From Protoeuglena noctilucae (taxonomy: Eukaryota): 64,000 bases of DNA. The first letter of the stretch is position 1; the number at the start of each line of letters is the position of its first letter. The stretch is from contig OY253686.1 in assembly GCA_958009085.1 (NCBI GenBank), positions 744,001 to 808,000 on the forward strand. The letters are read 5' to 3'. The notes beneath the pieces are model-generated. The model did not search any database. It was not told where the DNA came from and saw only the letters and a list, made by a program, of their open reading frames with translations. Positions 1 through 14,163 of this stretch are shown piece after piece. The position numbers were made by a program, and so were the translations under genes.

Positions 1-47
1 TTTTATGTGCAAACGCGCGTGAGCGTCGGCAATGCGAGCGCCCGCAG

Positions 48-1163
48 TGATGGCGGATCGCTGGGCCAACTACAACGGCAAGGAGCGGACGGTGGAGGAC
101 CTGCGGGCTCGGTACAGCGCCGTGGCGCGCAAGCTGCTGGTGGCGCGGGAGGGCGGGGTGGACCAGGCCGCGCACCACTACCTGGTCCGGCACCCGTACA
201 GCGCCGAGCACGAGCGGGAGCGCAAGAACGCCCTCCGCAACCTCTACGTCAAGACCGTGCGGGGCCAGCGGGAGGACTCAGCCGTGCTGGCCAAGGCGCG
301 GGAGCTGGAGGCCCAGCGACGCGAGGAGCTCCGCAACCTGTTCAAGCCCGAGGCGAGCGCAGTGGCGACGCAGCTGGCGGCGCAGGGACATCTGCCTGAT
401 CCTGACACGGTGGACTAGGCCAAGCTTTGGGACTGCCTATGTTGTTCGTGACAATCTGGGAGCAGTGACCTGGTTTGTCGGTGCTTGCTTCTTGCTGTCT
501 TCCGCGTCTCGCATCTGGCCCCACCAGCCCCGCCCTTCCCGAGCGTGAGTTGGCCTGCCCCCTGACCTGTCGCCCTCTGGCCTTTCTCCCCAGGCCTTGG
601 AGGCGTCTGCTCTGCAAAGCGAGAACGCCCCGGTGGTGACCGAGTTCTTCCTCGACCTGGCCAAGCCGTCGCTGCTGGACGCGGCCCTGCGCCAGCCGCG
701 CCTGCCCCCCGGGGTCTACCCCAGGGGAGGCTTCACCAAATCCGAGTCGGCAAAGATTCGCCTGGCCATCGCCGGCGGCCCCAAGGCGCAGAAGCAGTTC
801 GACGCCATGCTGGCCGAGCTGGGCTTCTCCATGGAGGGCGGGCGGTGGCCTCTGGAGTTCCCCAACGCCCCCGTGTGCGCCAATTTCCTGGCGCTGCAAC
901 AGGAGCTGGCCGACCACCTGGACTTCAAGCGGAGGGTGCAGGGACAGTCGGTGAGGATGGGGGGACACGCGGGGCGACTGGGGTGCACATTTAGGCATGG
1001 GGCTTGTCGTGACCTGCCCACCACCCTTGCACGCTCCCTGCAGGCCGCCCAGGGCCCCGTGGCGGTCAAGACGCTGCAAGTGGCTGCGAGCAAGCGCAAG
1101 AACGACTGGGAGGGCGCTGCGGGGTTAGGGACGCCGCGGTCGTCCAAACGGGCCAAGGGATGA
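48..1163 (+). CDS. SWC4: SWC4/DMAP1/EAF2 (SWR1-NuA4 subunit), 3' part; gene begins upstream of the window
   Basis: VMADRW...RTVEDLRARYSAVARKLLVAR...HPYSAEHERERKNAL resembles the DMAP1 SANT C-terminus and following helix. Exons about 48-409, 594-950, 1044-1163 with GT-AG introns; basic C-terminus. Confidence 0.8.
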
Positions 1164-1406
1164 GGCGATGGGTGGATGCGTCGAAGCGGGGTGTCATGCG
1201 AATGGGCACAAGTTTGTTCTCTGACGTCGCTGCAGTATTTAGACTCTGAGCGGGGCTGCCTGCGAATCGCTGCAGTTCCTTGAAACCCCGACTGGAGCAG
1301 CCAGCGGTGCACAGACGAGCACCATGGGCACATGCGCTCATCGACCACAGGGACCCTAGGGCAGCGCGTTTTTCGAGGACGTTCGCAAAAAGCCCGTCGT
1401 CGCATC

Positions 1407-3697
1407 TCAGACGGTCTTGTGCTGCATGCTGATGGGGCACTCGTGGATCTGGCGCCGCACCTCCCGCCAGTTACCGTTGGCAAGCTGGAAAAGGTACTCG
1501 AAATCAGACACCTGCGAGCGAGACGAGACGAGCACTACGTTATATCAGCACATGCACACTCGGGCACTCGTCCCTGGTCCACATCGGCATCCTCCATACA
1601 TATCGCACCTTGGGCATCAAGGAGCACGAGCCCGTCTGCAGCATGTAGTGCAGGACGCGGACGCCCTCGCGCCACGACATGCGGCGGATGGGGAACGTCA
1701 CGCCTGTCCAATTAGGGACCAGGACCTTGTTTGACACGGGGCCGTGGGCACGCGACGCGGCCAGGCACACTGCGGTGAGGTGACGAGGGCGGCTATTCAT
1801 GCGACAGCCACCGCGCCTCGCACCAGCGCAGTCATCACGGACCCGCACGTCAACACATCCGCCCTGAATCCAACGGCGCAGACGAAATCGCACCACCGCG
1901 CTCACCTCCGCGCTTGGGCGGCCTCCGCGTGAGCACCCTCAGGGCCACGGCCGCGCGCAGGCTCTCCGGCGGGATGGCCTTGCGCTCCTTGAAGGACACC
2001 CACTCCCCGTACCCCGTGTGCCCATACAGGGCGGCGTAGTTGTCGACGGCCAGCAGCACGCCCCGCTCCGTGCACCGCAGCAGCTCCTCCACGGCCCAGC
2101 AGAAAGCATCCACGGGAGAGACCTGCTTGCCCGCCACGCCAGCCTCCGCGATCGCGTGCTGCGGTGTGCGGAAGGCACCCGTCATCGGCCCTGGCCAAGC
2201 GATCGCTGCCGAGGGCCCACCGCTTGCCGCGACGACACCTAGGTGCCGCTATCGAGCACACCCATGCCATCTGATTGCCATATCTAGATAGCCCAGTCAC
2301 CAGGTTCGGGAAGTCCTTGCGGTCCAGGCCCTTGGTCTGGACGGCCTTGAGTCGGTCCCCGTTGGCATCCAGCAGCCACTGAAGCGCCTGCGACGCCACG
2401 ATGGGCGTGTCCCACATGCCCGAGCCGTGCTTTATGAAGCGGCCCCCGGACATGAAGGCCGCCGCATCAGGGATGTACCTGCGTGACACGTAAATGATGG
2501 GAGCATGAAGGCGGGCATGGTCGCTTGGCAGAACAGACGGTCTCCCACCACGCCCAACATGCATCGCTATCCCCCTTGCCATCTTACCACGTGACCCACT
2601 CCTGCTCCGCCGCCCACTGCACTGCCGACACGAGCGCCACGGACTTGCCGGCCCCAAATGGCCCTTCAACGAGGATATTGCCGCGGATCTGCTGCGTCCC
2701 ACCGCTCGTGCGCTCCTGCAGGGCGCGTGCCACCACTTGCTCCTCGTCCCGCACCGCCCCTGCCTCAAAGACGGGCCCGACCGCGACAGAGGCGTCCTTG
2801 CTCACCAACTTGCGCTGCTCCGCCTGCGTGCGCAAGACACGGCGCGGGTTCGTGCGGCGTGATCACGGATCTTGCATCGCCGCGACTAGCCCCCCAGCGC
2901 GAACCGCCCCTCGCCTCGACCATCTGCTTGATCAGGGTCAGCAGCAGCGCCGTGTCCTCCCGCAGCAGCACCCGCAGTTGGTGTTCGTTCAGGTCAAACT
3001 CCTCCTGGACTTCGCGAGGGAAGCCCGCGGGGAAGTTCTTCTTGTCGAGCGGGAACCATGTCAGCAGCTCCTGGGAGGAATCAATCGGGGAGTGACGGTG
3101 GCATTGTGGACGAGTGACCTTTCGTCTGAACGCTGCAAGCCCAGGCGCATCCGGGGACGCACCTTGGCGTGCGCGTGCGAGATCTGCGACCGGCTGTGCA
3201 GGTCGGGCGTGCCGCGGAAGTAGCCGAGGTGCAGGGGGTAGTGCTGCTCCGAAGGCGATGGGGTCCCCGGGTCGTCGCGGGCGAGCTGCTTGCGCGTCCA
3301 CCGCTCGTCGTCCACCCAGGCGTTCGGCGGAGCCTGCGCGTGCGGCACTCGCGGCGGTGGCGCGGCCCAGGCGAGGCGGCGCGGGGAGGAGGGCCGCGCT
3401 CCCGGGCGCCCATCTCACGTCAGCCACCTCCTCCGGCATCTCGTGGCCCGGGAAGTACTTGAACAGGCGCTCCACGACCTCATCGACGGACTTGACCGAA
3501 GCATCGGCCTTCCTCTTCCGCTTCTCGCGGTTAAAGTAGTTGGACATCGCCCGCCCCCGCGTTGCCGGCTCCCGGTCGCCGTCCCAGCTGCATCTGGCCA
3601 CCATGGGCTCCAACAAGCCACCCAGCCGCCCGCGACTCGTACCTGCGCCCGCCAGCGCCTGGGCGGCACCGATCGCGGCGCGGCGGCACCCCAGCAT
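1407..3697 (-). CDS. DAP3: Mitochondrial small ribosomal subunit protein mS29 (DAP3)
   Basis: P-loop GPFGAGKS followed by ALVSAVQWAAEQEWVTWYIPDA, WDTP, VLLAVDNYAALYG and C-terminal FQLANGNWREVRR. Arg/Ala-rich presequence. 8 exons; intron 2824-2914 has a GC donor. Confidence 0.85.
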
Positions 3698-4681
3698 GGT
3701 TTCCCCGGCAGACGCCCACGCGCAGCGGCTGTAGGGAGCGCAACGAGGCGCCGCGAGTGCGGCGGGCACGACTAAGTCGATCTGATCCGCTTCAGACCCT
3801 CGCAGGGGTGCTAAAGAAGATGGCGGATGCAGGGCCCAAGTCCGTGTAATCGCTGCTGTCCCTCCCCCGCCTGCTGCTCGGAGCTGGAGTGTTTTTGCAC
3901 CCGTGCTGGCAAAGCACACCAAGTGACCCTCGATGCATCCACCGCCGCCCTTCCTTGGGCCGCAGCAACGCCGCCAGCGGTGCGCCAGAAGGATTCAGCC
4001 CCCAGGAGATCGGCGATCCCGCTTGGCACAGCCCAGCACTCCACGTTCCCAACCCCACTCCACGCGGTCGTCGTCATTGTCCGTCCGCACTCGAGATGTC
4101 GAGCACGCTTGCGCGCGTGAGCGCCCAGGTCACGCACGGGTCGTGCGGGAAGGCCGCATGCATGGCAGGCGAGTCCTATGGAAACGGTTGGGCGACGTGG
4201 AGCAAAGGCAGGTGCAGCAGCGCCTTCTCGACGACGTGGGGAATCGATATTCCCGGCCCTTGCGCCGTCAGCGACCGTCGCGGCTCGTTCGACCAAGTTT
4301 CAGCAAGTTGATGGGTGCAATGTTGAGCTTAGCTCGGATCTCTCGGGCTGGATCCTCGAGAGAAGGTGGACGGACCTGGGGTTTGTGTGCTCGGGAAAAG
4401 ATGGCCGGCGCGGGGCATCATGGATGCGCAAGAGAGGGTTTCTTTGTTCGTTGTGTAGCAAACGTGTCAACGCGGCGGGCATCGCCCGCATCGCACGATG
4501 GGATCCGGCATCATGGGGCTGCTGAGCTGCGGGCGCGAGCGACTCTCCTCCCAGGCCGCCCTGGCTTTGGCGCTCAGGCCACTGCACAGCCCCTCGCATG
4601 TTGGGTATCCTCGATATCGCATAATCGCGTTCCCACTCGGCATCTGGCCGCCCTTGCCCCGCAGTGCCCGCTGTCATGCGG

Positions 4682-5818
<1,137 letters not shown>

Positions 5819-6037
5819 GGCATATGTTCTGGCGTGATGCTGCTGGGGCGCGGCCCTGCTCGCCACATAGGCGCTCCAGGAGAGTGTGGGCTTCCATTCG
5901 TCGCGCGTTGAATACATCCAGCCGGCAGACAGGCCTAGCAAGCGGGGCTTCTCCGCTCCCTGAGCCTCACTCATCCCCGGGCCGCGGGAGGACCCGCCAG
6001 CGCTCGCCCGCGGCATGCGTGGCACCTGCTCGCCAAC

Positions 6038-7476
6038 ATGGAGAAGCCCATGGCCGTGCAGATCCGCTGGCGGCGGGAGGCCATCGACGTCGCGGCCATC
6101 CTTGCCGTAGGCATCGTGTCGGTCATCGTTGACGTGAGGGGGCGGGGCTGAGAGTAGCGCTCTTGCTTTGATAAAATGACAGCGTCTCCGATCGCTGGGA
6201 TGTGGCCCCGGGCGGAAACGGCGCGCGCTGGTTCGGCAAGGGGACGCGACAGGCGGGTACATTCTGCGTGCAGGCGTCAGCCAAGCCGCATTTCCGCGAG
6301 GTTCGCCCTGAGGAGCTCACGGTCGATGTGAAGAAGGTGAAAAGCGTGTCAGGGGACTCGCCCCATCACCTGCCTCGTCTCTCAGGCCTCGCCTTTGGTA
6401 CGCATACCTGACGTCATCGTTTGACCGCAGTTCTACCACCCCTCGACGGTCCCCACGTGGTCCCTGGGCCTCTTGGCGGTCTTGTTCCCCCTCCTGGTGA
6501 TCTGGGTGGCGTCCACGGCGTTCCTCGGGCGACCCCTGGGCACCCGCGACGGCTGGTGCGCAACCAAGGGGCTGGTCGCCGCCCTGGTCAGCGCTTACAT
6601 CGTCACGGATGCCCTCAAGCTCATCGTCGGGAGGCTGCGACCGAATTTTTTCTACTCGTGCTGGCCAGACGGCAACGCCCAGGTGACGACCAGCGTGGCG
6701 GAAATTGCGTTACAGTGACGAGTCGGGAGCCCTTACATGGCGCACGAGACACCGGTAGACGCGGCATGGCCGACGGCACGCGAGCTCCCCACCCCTTGCA
6801 GTGGTACGGTGACCCAGGGGCCGGTCACCCTCACTGCACGAATCCGAACGAGGCGATGGTGCTGGACGCGCGCAAGTCGTTCCCCAGCGGGCACTCGTCC
6901 ATGTCTGCGGCCGGCCTGGGCTTCCTGACCATGTACGCCTTCGGCAAGCTCGGCAGCTTCCACGCCTTTGCGCCTGTGGAGGACCGATATGCGCGGTGGA
7001 TGGTCGCGCTGAGCCCGTCCTTCGTCGCCATCATCGTCGGGGCCACGCGGGTCATGGACAACAAGCATCACTGGCAGGACGTCGTCACGGGGCTCCTCCT
7101 GGGCTTCGTGCTGGCGTGGGCCGCGTACCGACTCCACTACGGGACGCGCGTGCTGGAGACGACGGCGCTCGAGGGCAAGCTCGGGGTCACGCCGATGCGG
7201 CCGTGGGTGGCCGTGCCGGACTGGGTGGCGCGGCCGGGACGGAGGTGAGGGCTTGGCGGAGCGGCTTGGGTGGGTGGCAAGAGGGACTGCAGGGCGGTCG
7301 ACGGAGCCCCTCTGTCATCTGCATGCAGGAGGTCGGGTGGGGTCGGAGACGTCGTGGGAGGGGGGCATGCGTGGGAGGAGTTGCACCCGCTGGCGTCAGA
7401 CGAGGAGGGGGACGTGGAGCAAGGGGCCGGGGCCCGGGAGAGGTTTGCAGCAGGACCTGTGCAGCAGTTAACGTAG
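6038..7476 (+). CDS. Lipid phosphate phosphatase (PAP2 family)
   Basis: The three PAP2 motifs KLIVGRLRP, SFPSGHSS and TRVMDNKHHWQDV, plus hydrophobic helices; 5 exons. Confidence 0.9.
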
Positions 7477-7798
7477 ATAGTAGTCGCAACTCAATGCTCT
7501 CGACCCACGCTGTGCCTAGGCACACCCAGGCCTGCGCACATCCCCGTCACATGCATTGCACGTGCGGGTCTGGGCGTCAGAGTACGCACACTCGCCACTG
7601 GCAGGGCCCTGAGGCTGCTACCAGGCGATGATGATGTCAACAACCTGTCAATCTTCTGAACTCGGACGCGTATGCTTGGCTGGAAGCGGCGAGGAAGTGA
7701 CGTCAGCTGCTGGCTGTGTTTCCCGCCCCTTTGCTCGTTGCTAATAGCTCGCATTGGTGCGGCGGTCGCCGTTGCGAATTGTTATCGGGGAAAGGACT

Positions 7799-9570
7799 AT
7801 GCAGCCGCCGGCGGCGCCCTGCCAGGAGCCCGCGGAGGCGGTGGAGGACTACCCTGGCTTCGTGTTTGGTGCGGCGTGGCGCGCCTCGGGCCTCAGTGTG
7901 GCCTCCAGGCAGTACTGATGTCATTTTTGTTGATGCCATCCCTCGCGCGCGCGCTCCCCGCAGAGCGCGTGCGTGACAGCATCCTGGCCGAGGCCGGCCC
8001 GCGCGATGAGCCCCACTACGCGGACAAGCTGACTGTGCTCCTCACGACATCCCCGGTGGTCTCCAATCCCGACACAACGATGATTGAGGTCGTGCTCTCG
8101 ACCGTGGCGCAAATCCCGGGGCTGCTCAAGTGCCGCTTCGTCGTGGTCTGCGACGGCTGCTGCGTGCTGCCTGCCGAGCTCTTCAAGACGAAAGCCCGCA
8201 AGTCGTCCTACCGGGGAGGGCGAGTGCCTGGCGAGGAGGGGCTGGCCATGTACGAGGAGTACAAGGCCCGCGTGCGGGTGAGTCGCCGCTGCACCCGGTC
8301 CCTTGGCCGCATTGTCACACAATGCACCTGCCCAGGCTGCGCCGCCCATCCGAGACCTTCTGCGTGCCACCAGGAGCTGATGGCGCGGCCAGGCGCGTTC
8401 CCCGGCGGCGCGGAGGTCCTGGAGCTGCCCTCCCGCCACGGCTTCGGGATGGCCGTGCAGGAGGGCCTCCAGCACGTCCACACTCCCTACGTCATGGTGA
8501 TCCAACACGACCGTGCCTTTTGCAGGCGAGTGGCCACCGCTCTTGGCAGTCGTTGGGCAGGGTCCAATCCGCAAGTGCCACCCTGGCCACCCTGGTCGCA
8601 AGCGCGCAGGCCTTTCGACGTCGCGGGGCTGCTGGAGTGCATGGAGGCCGACCCGTCGCTCAAGATGGTGGCGCTGCTGAACAAGAGCATGTACGACCAC
8701 GCGCGCCGAGTCCTGTCGTGCGGACGCATCAAGCTGCCCAAGTGTGGACCCGGGTGGCGGCTCCGCGTGGTCGTGGCTTTGGGCCGGTGCCCCGCTGACC
8801 CTCCTCTTGCATTTCTGGCGAGCGCAGGGAGGAGTGCGTCGAGGCAGCCAGGACCAAGTGCCCCCGCGAGGGCATTTGCCTCCGCCCGCTCCTCGCCTGG
8901 CTCGACAGCACGCACATATGCCCCGTGGAGCACTACCGCACGTTCGTATTCGGCGGGGGATCGGGGCAGCGCGCCAGGGTGGGTCCCCTGCTGCGTCTCC
9001 ACGTGCTGCTTGCTTTGTGACTGACGAGCAGAGACGTACGTGGGGCATTTGGCAAGAAAGGTGCACAGGGGCAGATCTGCCTGGTCCTCCTCGACCGCAG
9101 CTCAAGCTGGGTGGCTTCATCGAGGACAAGCTGGGCCAGGTGCAGCTGCAGGAGCTCCGGTGAGCGACGACATGGGGCCGTCAACCTCAGGCGCACACGG
9201 CCGCAGCCCTTGGGCGGCCGGGTCCACGGCTGCGCTCGCTTGGCCTTCTGGTCGCAGGCAGGAGGGTTTTGCCTCGCACGCGCGGCACGGCACGTGGATC
9301 GTCGACGATGGGGTGGAGGTGCGCATCACGGGTCATTTGGACGGGGGCCACTTCCGCGCGTGGCGCAAGGGGTGGGTCAAGAGCGTCCCGGGCGCGGCCG
9401 AGGCTCTCATGCAAGTGGGGCGGGGTCAGGCGGCGGAGGTGCGGGAGGGCAGCAGGTCGGAGAGCGACGGGTCGGCGGGGGATGACGTGGACCAGTCGGT
9501 GGCCGCCACGGTCCCCGTCGATGCGGACGTGTCATGTGACGAGTGGGTGGCGTATGAGCTGTTTACGTGA
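7799..9570 (+). CDS. Uncharacterised protein, putative GT-A (nucleotide-diphospho-sugar transferase-like) fold
   Basis: LTVLLTTSP...RFVVVCDG...HGFGMAVQEGLQHVHTPYVMVIQHD follows the GT2-like strand/helix order. 7 exons inferred; intron 8526-8609 has a GC donor. Confidence 0.55.
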
Positions 9571-10313
9571 AGGCAGCGACTGGGGTGCTCCCTGCAGCGT
9601 GATGCTGGTGTCTCATCCCCCTTTTCTTCCCCGTCGTGTCCTACTTGCTGTGTCTGGCTTCTCATCTGATGTGGGCTTGAATCCTTTCAAAGCTTCCGTG
9701 CATAAAAAGCGCACCCGCGGCCGCCACCTCCATACCGGCGGCCGGGCGGGCTGAGGCATCACACCAAAATGCTAGACAGGGCTGCAGTCGCTTGGGGCGG
9801 ACCGCAGACCCGAATTGCAAGGAGCGAGTGGAGTAGAGCCTGCGGTGTGATGCTAGGCACCTCTGTGGCGAGGGTAGGTGGACGTGGCATGCAGCAAGAA
9901 AGGGCGCGAGTAGAAAGGGCGCCGACAATCGATAGACTCGCAGTGGAAGCGCGCAGGAGAGCGGTCGTGTCCCGGCGGGCGCCACCGCGTGTGGCCGCCG
10001 CCCTTGGAAAGGACGGTGCGGCGCCCACCCGCGGCAAAAAGCGTGCCGTGTCTCGTGCGCAGGGACGCTGGATAGTGACCCAACAGGACAGGCAGGGAGC
10101 GGTCCGCGCGTAGAGGCTGTGACACCCAAGGGCAGCTCGGGGTAGAGGGGGGCGAGGCAGGGGGAGAGTGCTGGAGTCCAGTGTAGCCAACGAGGGGTCA
10201 GAGAGGGTCGGGCAAACGACAGGGTCGCCCCTCGGGACGCCGCAGGGATCACGGTGCACGAGTCGGCACGAGTCCCTCGCGTGGCGCGGGCGGCCGTCGC
10301 GCACGCCGCAGCA

Positions 10314-12181
10314 TCAGCAGACGGCGCGGCACGGGGGGAGGCGCGAGCGGCGGTTCTTGCAGCCGACCCCGCCCCTGGGGAGGAGCGCGGCCGCCATCGT
10401 GGCTGAGGCCTTGGGGCTCAGCCCAGGTGCGGGCGAGGCGGGGGCCTGCATGCCAGGAGGGAGTAGTTCCGAGCATGAGCGTCGCCGTGACACATCTCGG
10501 AGGACACATCCCCTCACGCAAAGTTGCGGGCTCGCACCTCGGGGTGGGACTCGGTGGAGGAGCTGGTGCGCATGGCCGCGCCGAGCGACACGCGGGCGGC
10601 CTCGCAGTCGTCGGGGTGCAGGAGGGGCTCGTCGAGGGCGGGGCCGGGCGCGGGCAGGTGCTCGTCCTTGCCGTCGTCGGGGGCGCAGCACGACGAGCAG
10701 GGCCGCGGGAACTCGTTGCTGACCGAGACGGTGGGCGATCCCGGCAGGAGCTGGACCGTGGCGTCGGAGGCTAGGCTGGTGGTGATGGCGGGGATCGCGG
10801 CGGCCGCCGCGGCCGCACGGCTACGGCGGGCGGCATTCACTCGCTTGGCGCGATGCCTGCGAAGGCCAGCAAGGTCGCGATGAGGCCCACAGCGCGCCCG
10901 ATGGCCCTCCCAGCGGCCCAACCGCTCCGTCCGCGACAGCAGCGGCGCAATTGAAGCAGGAGGACCGCTGCGTCGCGGTAACGGCCCGGCCCAAGTGCTT
11001 GGTCAAAGCCAGGCGGAATGCGCGACTGCCACGCGACGCGGACTCGCCTGAGCATCGTGACCGACTCGTGCCATGTGCACGAGGCGATGATGCCGAGGAA
11101 GGGCGCGTAGTCGACGGCGGGGAAGTTGAGCTTGCCCGACAGGCCCAGCCGGTTGATGGTGGCGATGTCGAACGTGCGCGCTGCGTCGTCCTCGAGGTCG
11201 TGGTCACCCAGCGAGGTGGTCTTGCCGCCCACGGATATCTGCGGGCGGGGACGCGGCGGGCGTTAGACCCGCGGCGCTCGCCGGGCCGAGGAGGCGCCCC
11301 CCGCGACGACCCGGTCGCGCATCGCGGCTCGACAAAAAAGCGAGAATGCCCCGGGACCGCGCCGGGGGCCGCAGGAAAAAGACCTCCCACGGGCACGCCC
11401 GGCGCGCCGACCGTGGCTGCGGGGCCACAAACGGGGCGCGAGGCCCCGCCAATCAAGCGAATTAAGGCACGGAAGCGCGCTGCAAGGGGCCCGCGCGGCG
11501 GGGAGGCGCGGGAGCAGGGATCGATCTGGGAGGGGGATATTTCGCCCTGGCGGCAAAGTTGGTCACGAGGGCGACGCGCGACCCCCGTACCGACGAAACC
11601 GAGCCATCGGAAGCGGTCAAATCGCCCGGCCGCGGCCCCCCGCCCCCGCCACGGCGAGCTGGGTGCGTTGCCCAAGCGAGCAGGTATCCGGCGCCCTGGC
11701 CGGGTATCCGCCGCGGCGACGACACCCCAGGCGTGTGCGATGAGAAACACGCGCCGCCCGGCGGCAGGGGCGCGCGGGGACGCCGGGGGCCTCCGCTCGG
11801 AGAGCCAGACGCCCGCCGGGTGGCAACATTTGCGATCGGGGGAGGCCAGGGAGGGCGAAAAACGAAGCCATCGGCTGCGGGCGACCCGGATGACCGCGCG
11901 CGCGGGCGCGCATCGCGCTCGGGTCCGTCGTTGGGGCCTCGGCCCTGTCCCGCAATCCCCCCGCGCCGGGGACACCCGGCGGGCGCGCGTGCGTCTCGGC
12001 GACGCACAAACCGACGTCGTCGCGGCAAGGCGCGGCGCGCAGGAGGCAAGGACCCGCGCAGGCGACGGGCCGCTGGGGCAACGGCCTGCATGCGCCCCGC
12101 CCGGCGCTCGCTCACCTGCGCGCGCCACTTCCCCGTGGGCCGGAAGAGGGTGACGCCTCGAAAGGCGCTTGACTTGCCCAT
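10314..12181 (-). CDS. AP2-domain transcription factor
   Basis: Spliced MGKSSAFRGVTLFRPTGKWRAQ|ISVGGKTTSLGDHDLEDDAARTFDIATINRLGLSGKLNFP is an AP2 domain. Intron 11239-12115 splits the domain; GC donor at 11047; low-complexity C-terminus whose 3' exons are less certain. Confidence 0.85.
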
Positions 12182-12547
12182 TATCGACTCCCTGCGCGCA
12201 GCGAGGAGCTCAGGGGCGGTCGGAAAGGAGCTGGGGGACGGCCAGATCCCCCGGGGCCACGAGGAGCCCGGGATTCGAGCCAATTGCGACGTTCATGAGC
12301 GGGGGCCCCGGATATACTGCACCGCGTGAGATACAGCGCTGGATACCTGCTGACCAGAGTGTCTCGGAGCCCCCTCGTGGCGAACGCGGGCTGAGATTCG
12401 ACGGAAGGGTGAGCAATGGTGTATTGGCGACCTCCGCGGAGGTAGCGACGCGTTTCTCGGTTCAGACCCAAGCCGCCAGTGCCCTACTCGGTTTTGACCG
12501 CGACAAGCGCGCGAGCTCCTGGCGCGAGCTCCCGGCAGAACGAACGC

Positions 12548-14163
12548 TCAGCGAGGATTCATGCCGTCCTGGGCGGACCGAAGCTCGAGGGGGTCGTCCC
12601 CCGCCCCCTCCCCCACCGGCAGGCTGTCCTCCGCCTCCTGCAGCATGTCGACGCCCAGGATCTGCTCCAGGGCGAAGTCCGACTTCTCCTCGACGCCCGG
12701 GAGCATGGACGGACTGATGAGCTCGTCCAGCGGGTTGGTCTCGGGCTCGCTCGCCAGCGCCTTGCTCATGCTCTCGTCCAGCTCCCCCATGATGGCGTTC
12801 TCCGGGTCCGCCTGCGCCGCGCGGGTGAACTGGCGCTTGTCGCACCCGGGCCGCGCCGGAGAACCACCGGGCGCATGCCGAAGAACCCCACCCCAGGCGC
12901 AGGGCCTCACCTTGGTGCTCCACGACTTCATCGTCGCCAGGACCCCCTCGTTCCACTCGGGGAACTCGCGCTGGAAGCGGTACAGGGACCGCACGTACGT
13001 GGGGAGCTGATGCACGCGGTTCAGGTACAGGTCCTCCGCCTTGACCGCCTCCATGTGAGCCGCGTGGCGCCGGCTGACGGCGTAGCGGTTGTGCGCCCGG
13101 TGCATCTGGTCGTGGTGGATCCACATCGCGCCTTCCTCCGCACGCTTGAGCTCGACTTTGCGCTGCGTGTCGAAGCACAGCTGCGAGGGCGGCGGCGGGC
13201 GCATGAGCGGCCCCAGCCTGCCCACCCGCAACAGTCCGCCCTCGCACGGGCCTCGCCTTGTACGACCGAAGCTCTCGCAAGGCCTTCTCCTTCTCGTCGG
13301 AAGACAACTCCGCCTCGTCAATCGCGTGCCGCTGGCTGACGTCTGCATGGGCCGAGCGCGGGGTCGCTGTCACTTCCAACGCCGCAGCGTCAGCGCGAGT
13401 CCGCAGCGCGCTCTGCCCGGCATCCCCAGCGCACCGTAATCGTCGAATATGAAGTCATCCGCGCCCCAGACACCCCACAGCCCCGGGATGTCCACGTCGA
13501 TGCCGTCGCCCTCGAGCGCCTCGGCCGTGAAGGCCTCCTCGAGCCCACCCGGCTGCACCTCGTAGATGTCGTCTGCGACAGACAGGGGGCTCCGGCATCC
13601 CGAGACGCCGACGCGGGAGCGTGTATGCACCATCAGAACATGCCAGCCGAACTGTCACCTCCGGGGTCCGGCATGAGCTCGTTGATCTCGGACAGCGTTG
13701 CCTGCGAGACGATGCCTCGGTTGTCACCACCCAGGTCCCCTCCCATCCCAGCGCCTACGTCGTCCCCGGCTATGTCCCAGTCCTCCGCGTCCAGCAGGCC
13801 GTCCGCCAAGGGCTCCGTAAACTCGTCCCCCACGTCCCGCGCCACGGCGGAAACGACCCGCCTCGGGCCCCGCTTCCTGCCTGTGGGATTGTCGACACAC
13901 GCAGAACGTTTATACTGAATGGAAACGCCCCGGTGCGCCGCGACGGCCCCGGCGTCCCGTCGCGTGTTCCCGCCGCACGCGCCGTGCGGACGGCGGCTAA
14001 CAAGGCGCACGGCGCACCTGTCCTTGACGCACTCGCATAGGAGACTGCGGAGGCGACGGCTCTGCCCCCAGCGCGGCGGGCCGGGGCTGCCGTAACAGGA
14101 CGGCTGCATGACGCCCCTCCCTGTGCGCGGCCCACGCACTGCGGCGCCGCCGCCCGGGTGCAT
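12548..14163 (-). CDS. Hypothetical protein with acidic region and helical domain, possible organelle transit peptide
   Basis: Phase-compatible exons with strong GC3 bias (LCFDTQRKVELKRAEEGAMWIHHDQMHRAHNRY...FPEWNEGVL). No family recognised; start codon uncertain. Confidence 0.55.

Noticed and set aside
10821..12329. Long overlapping ORFs of 250-435 aa on both strands
   Set aside because: Arg/Pro/Gly-rich shadow ORFs caused by stop-codon scarcity at high GC; the region is the AP2 gene and its intron.
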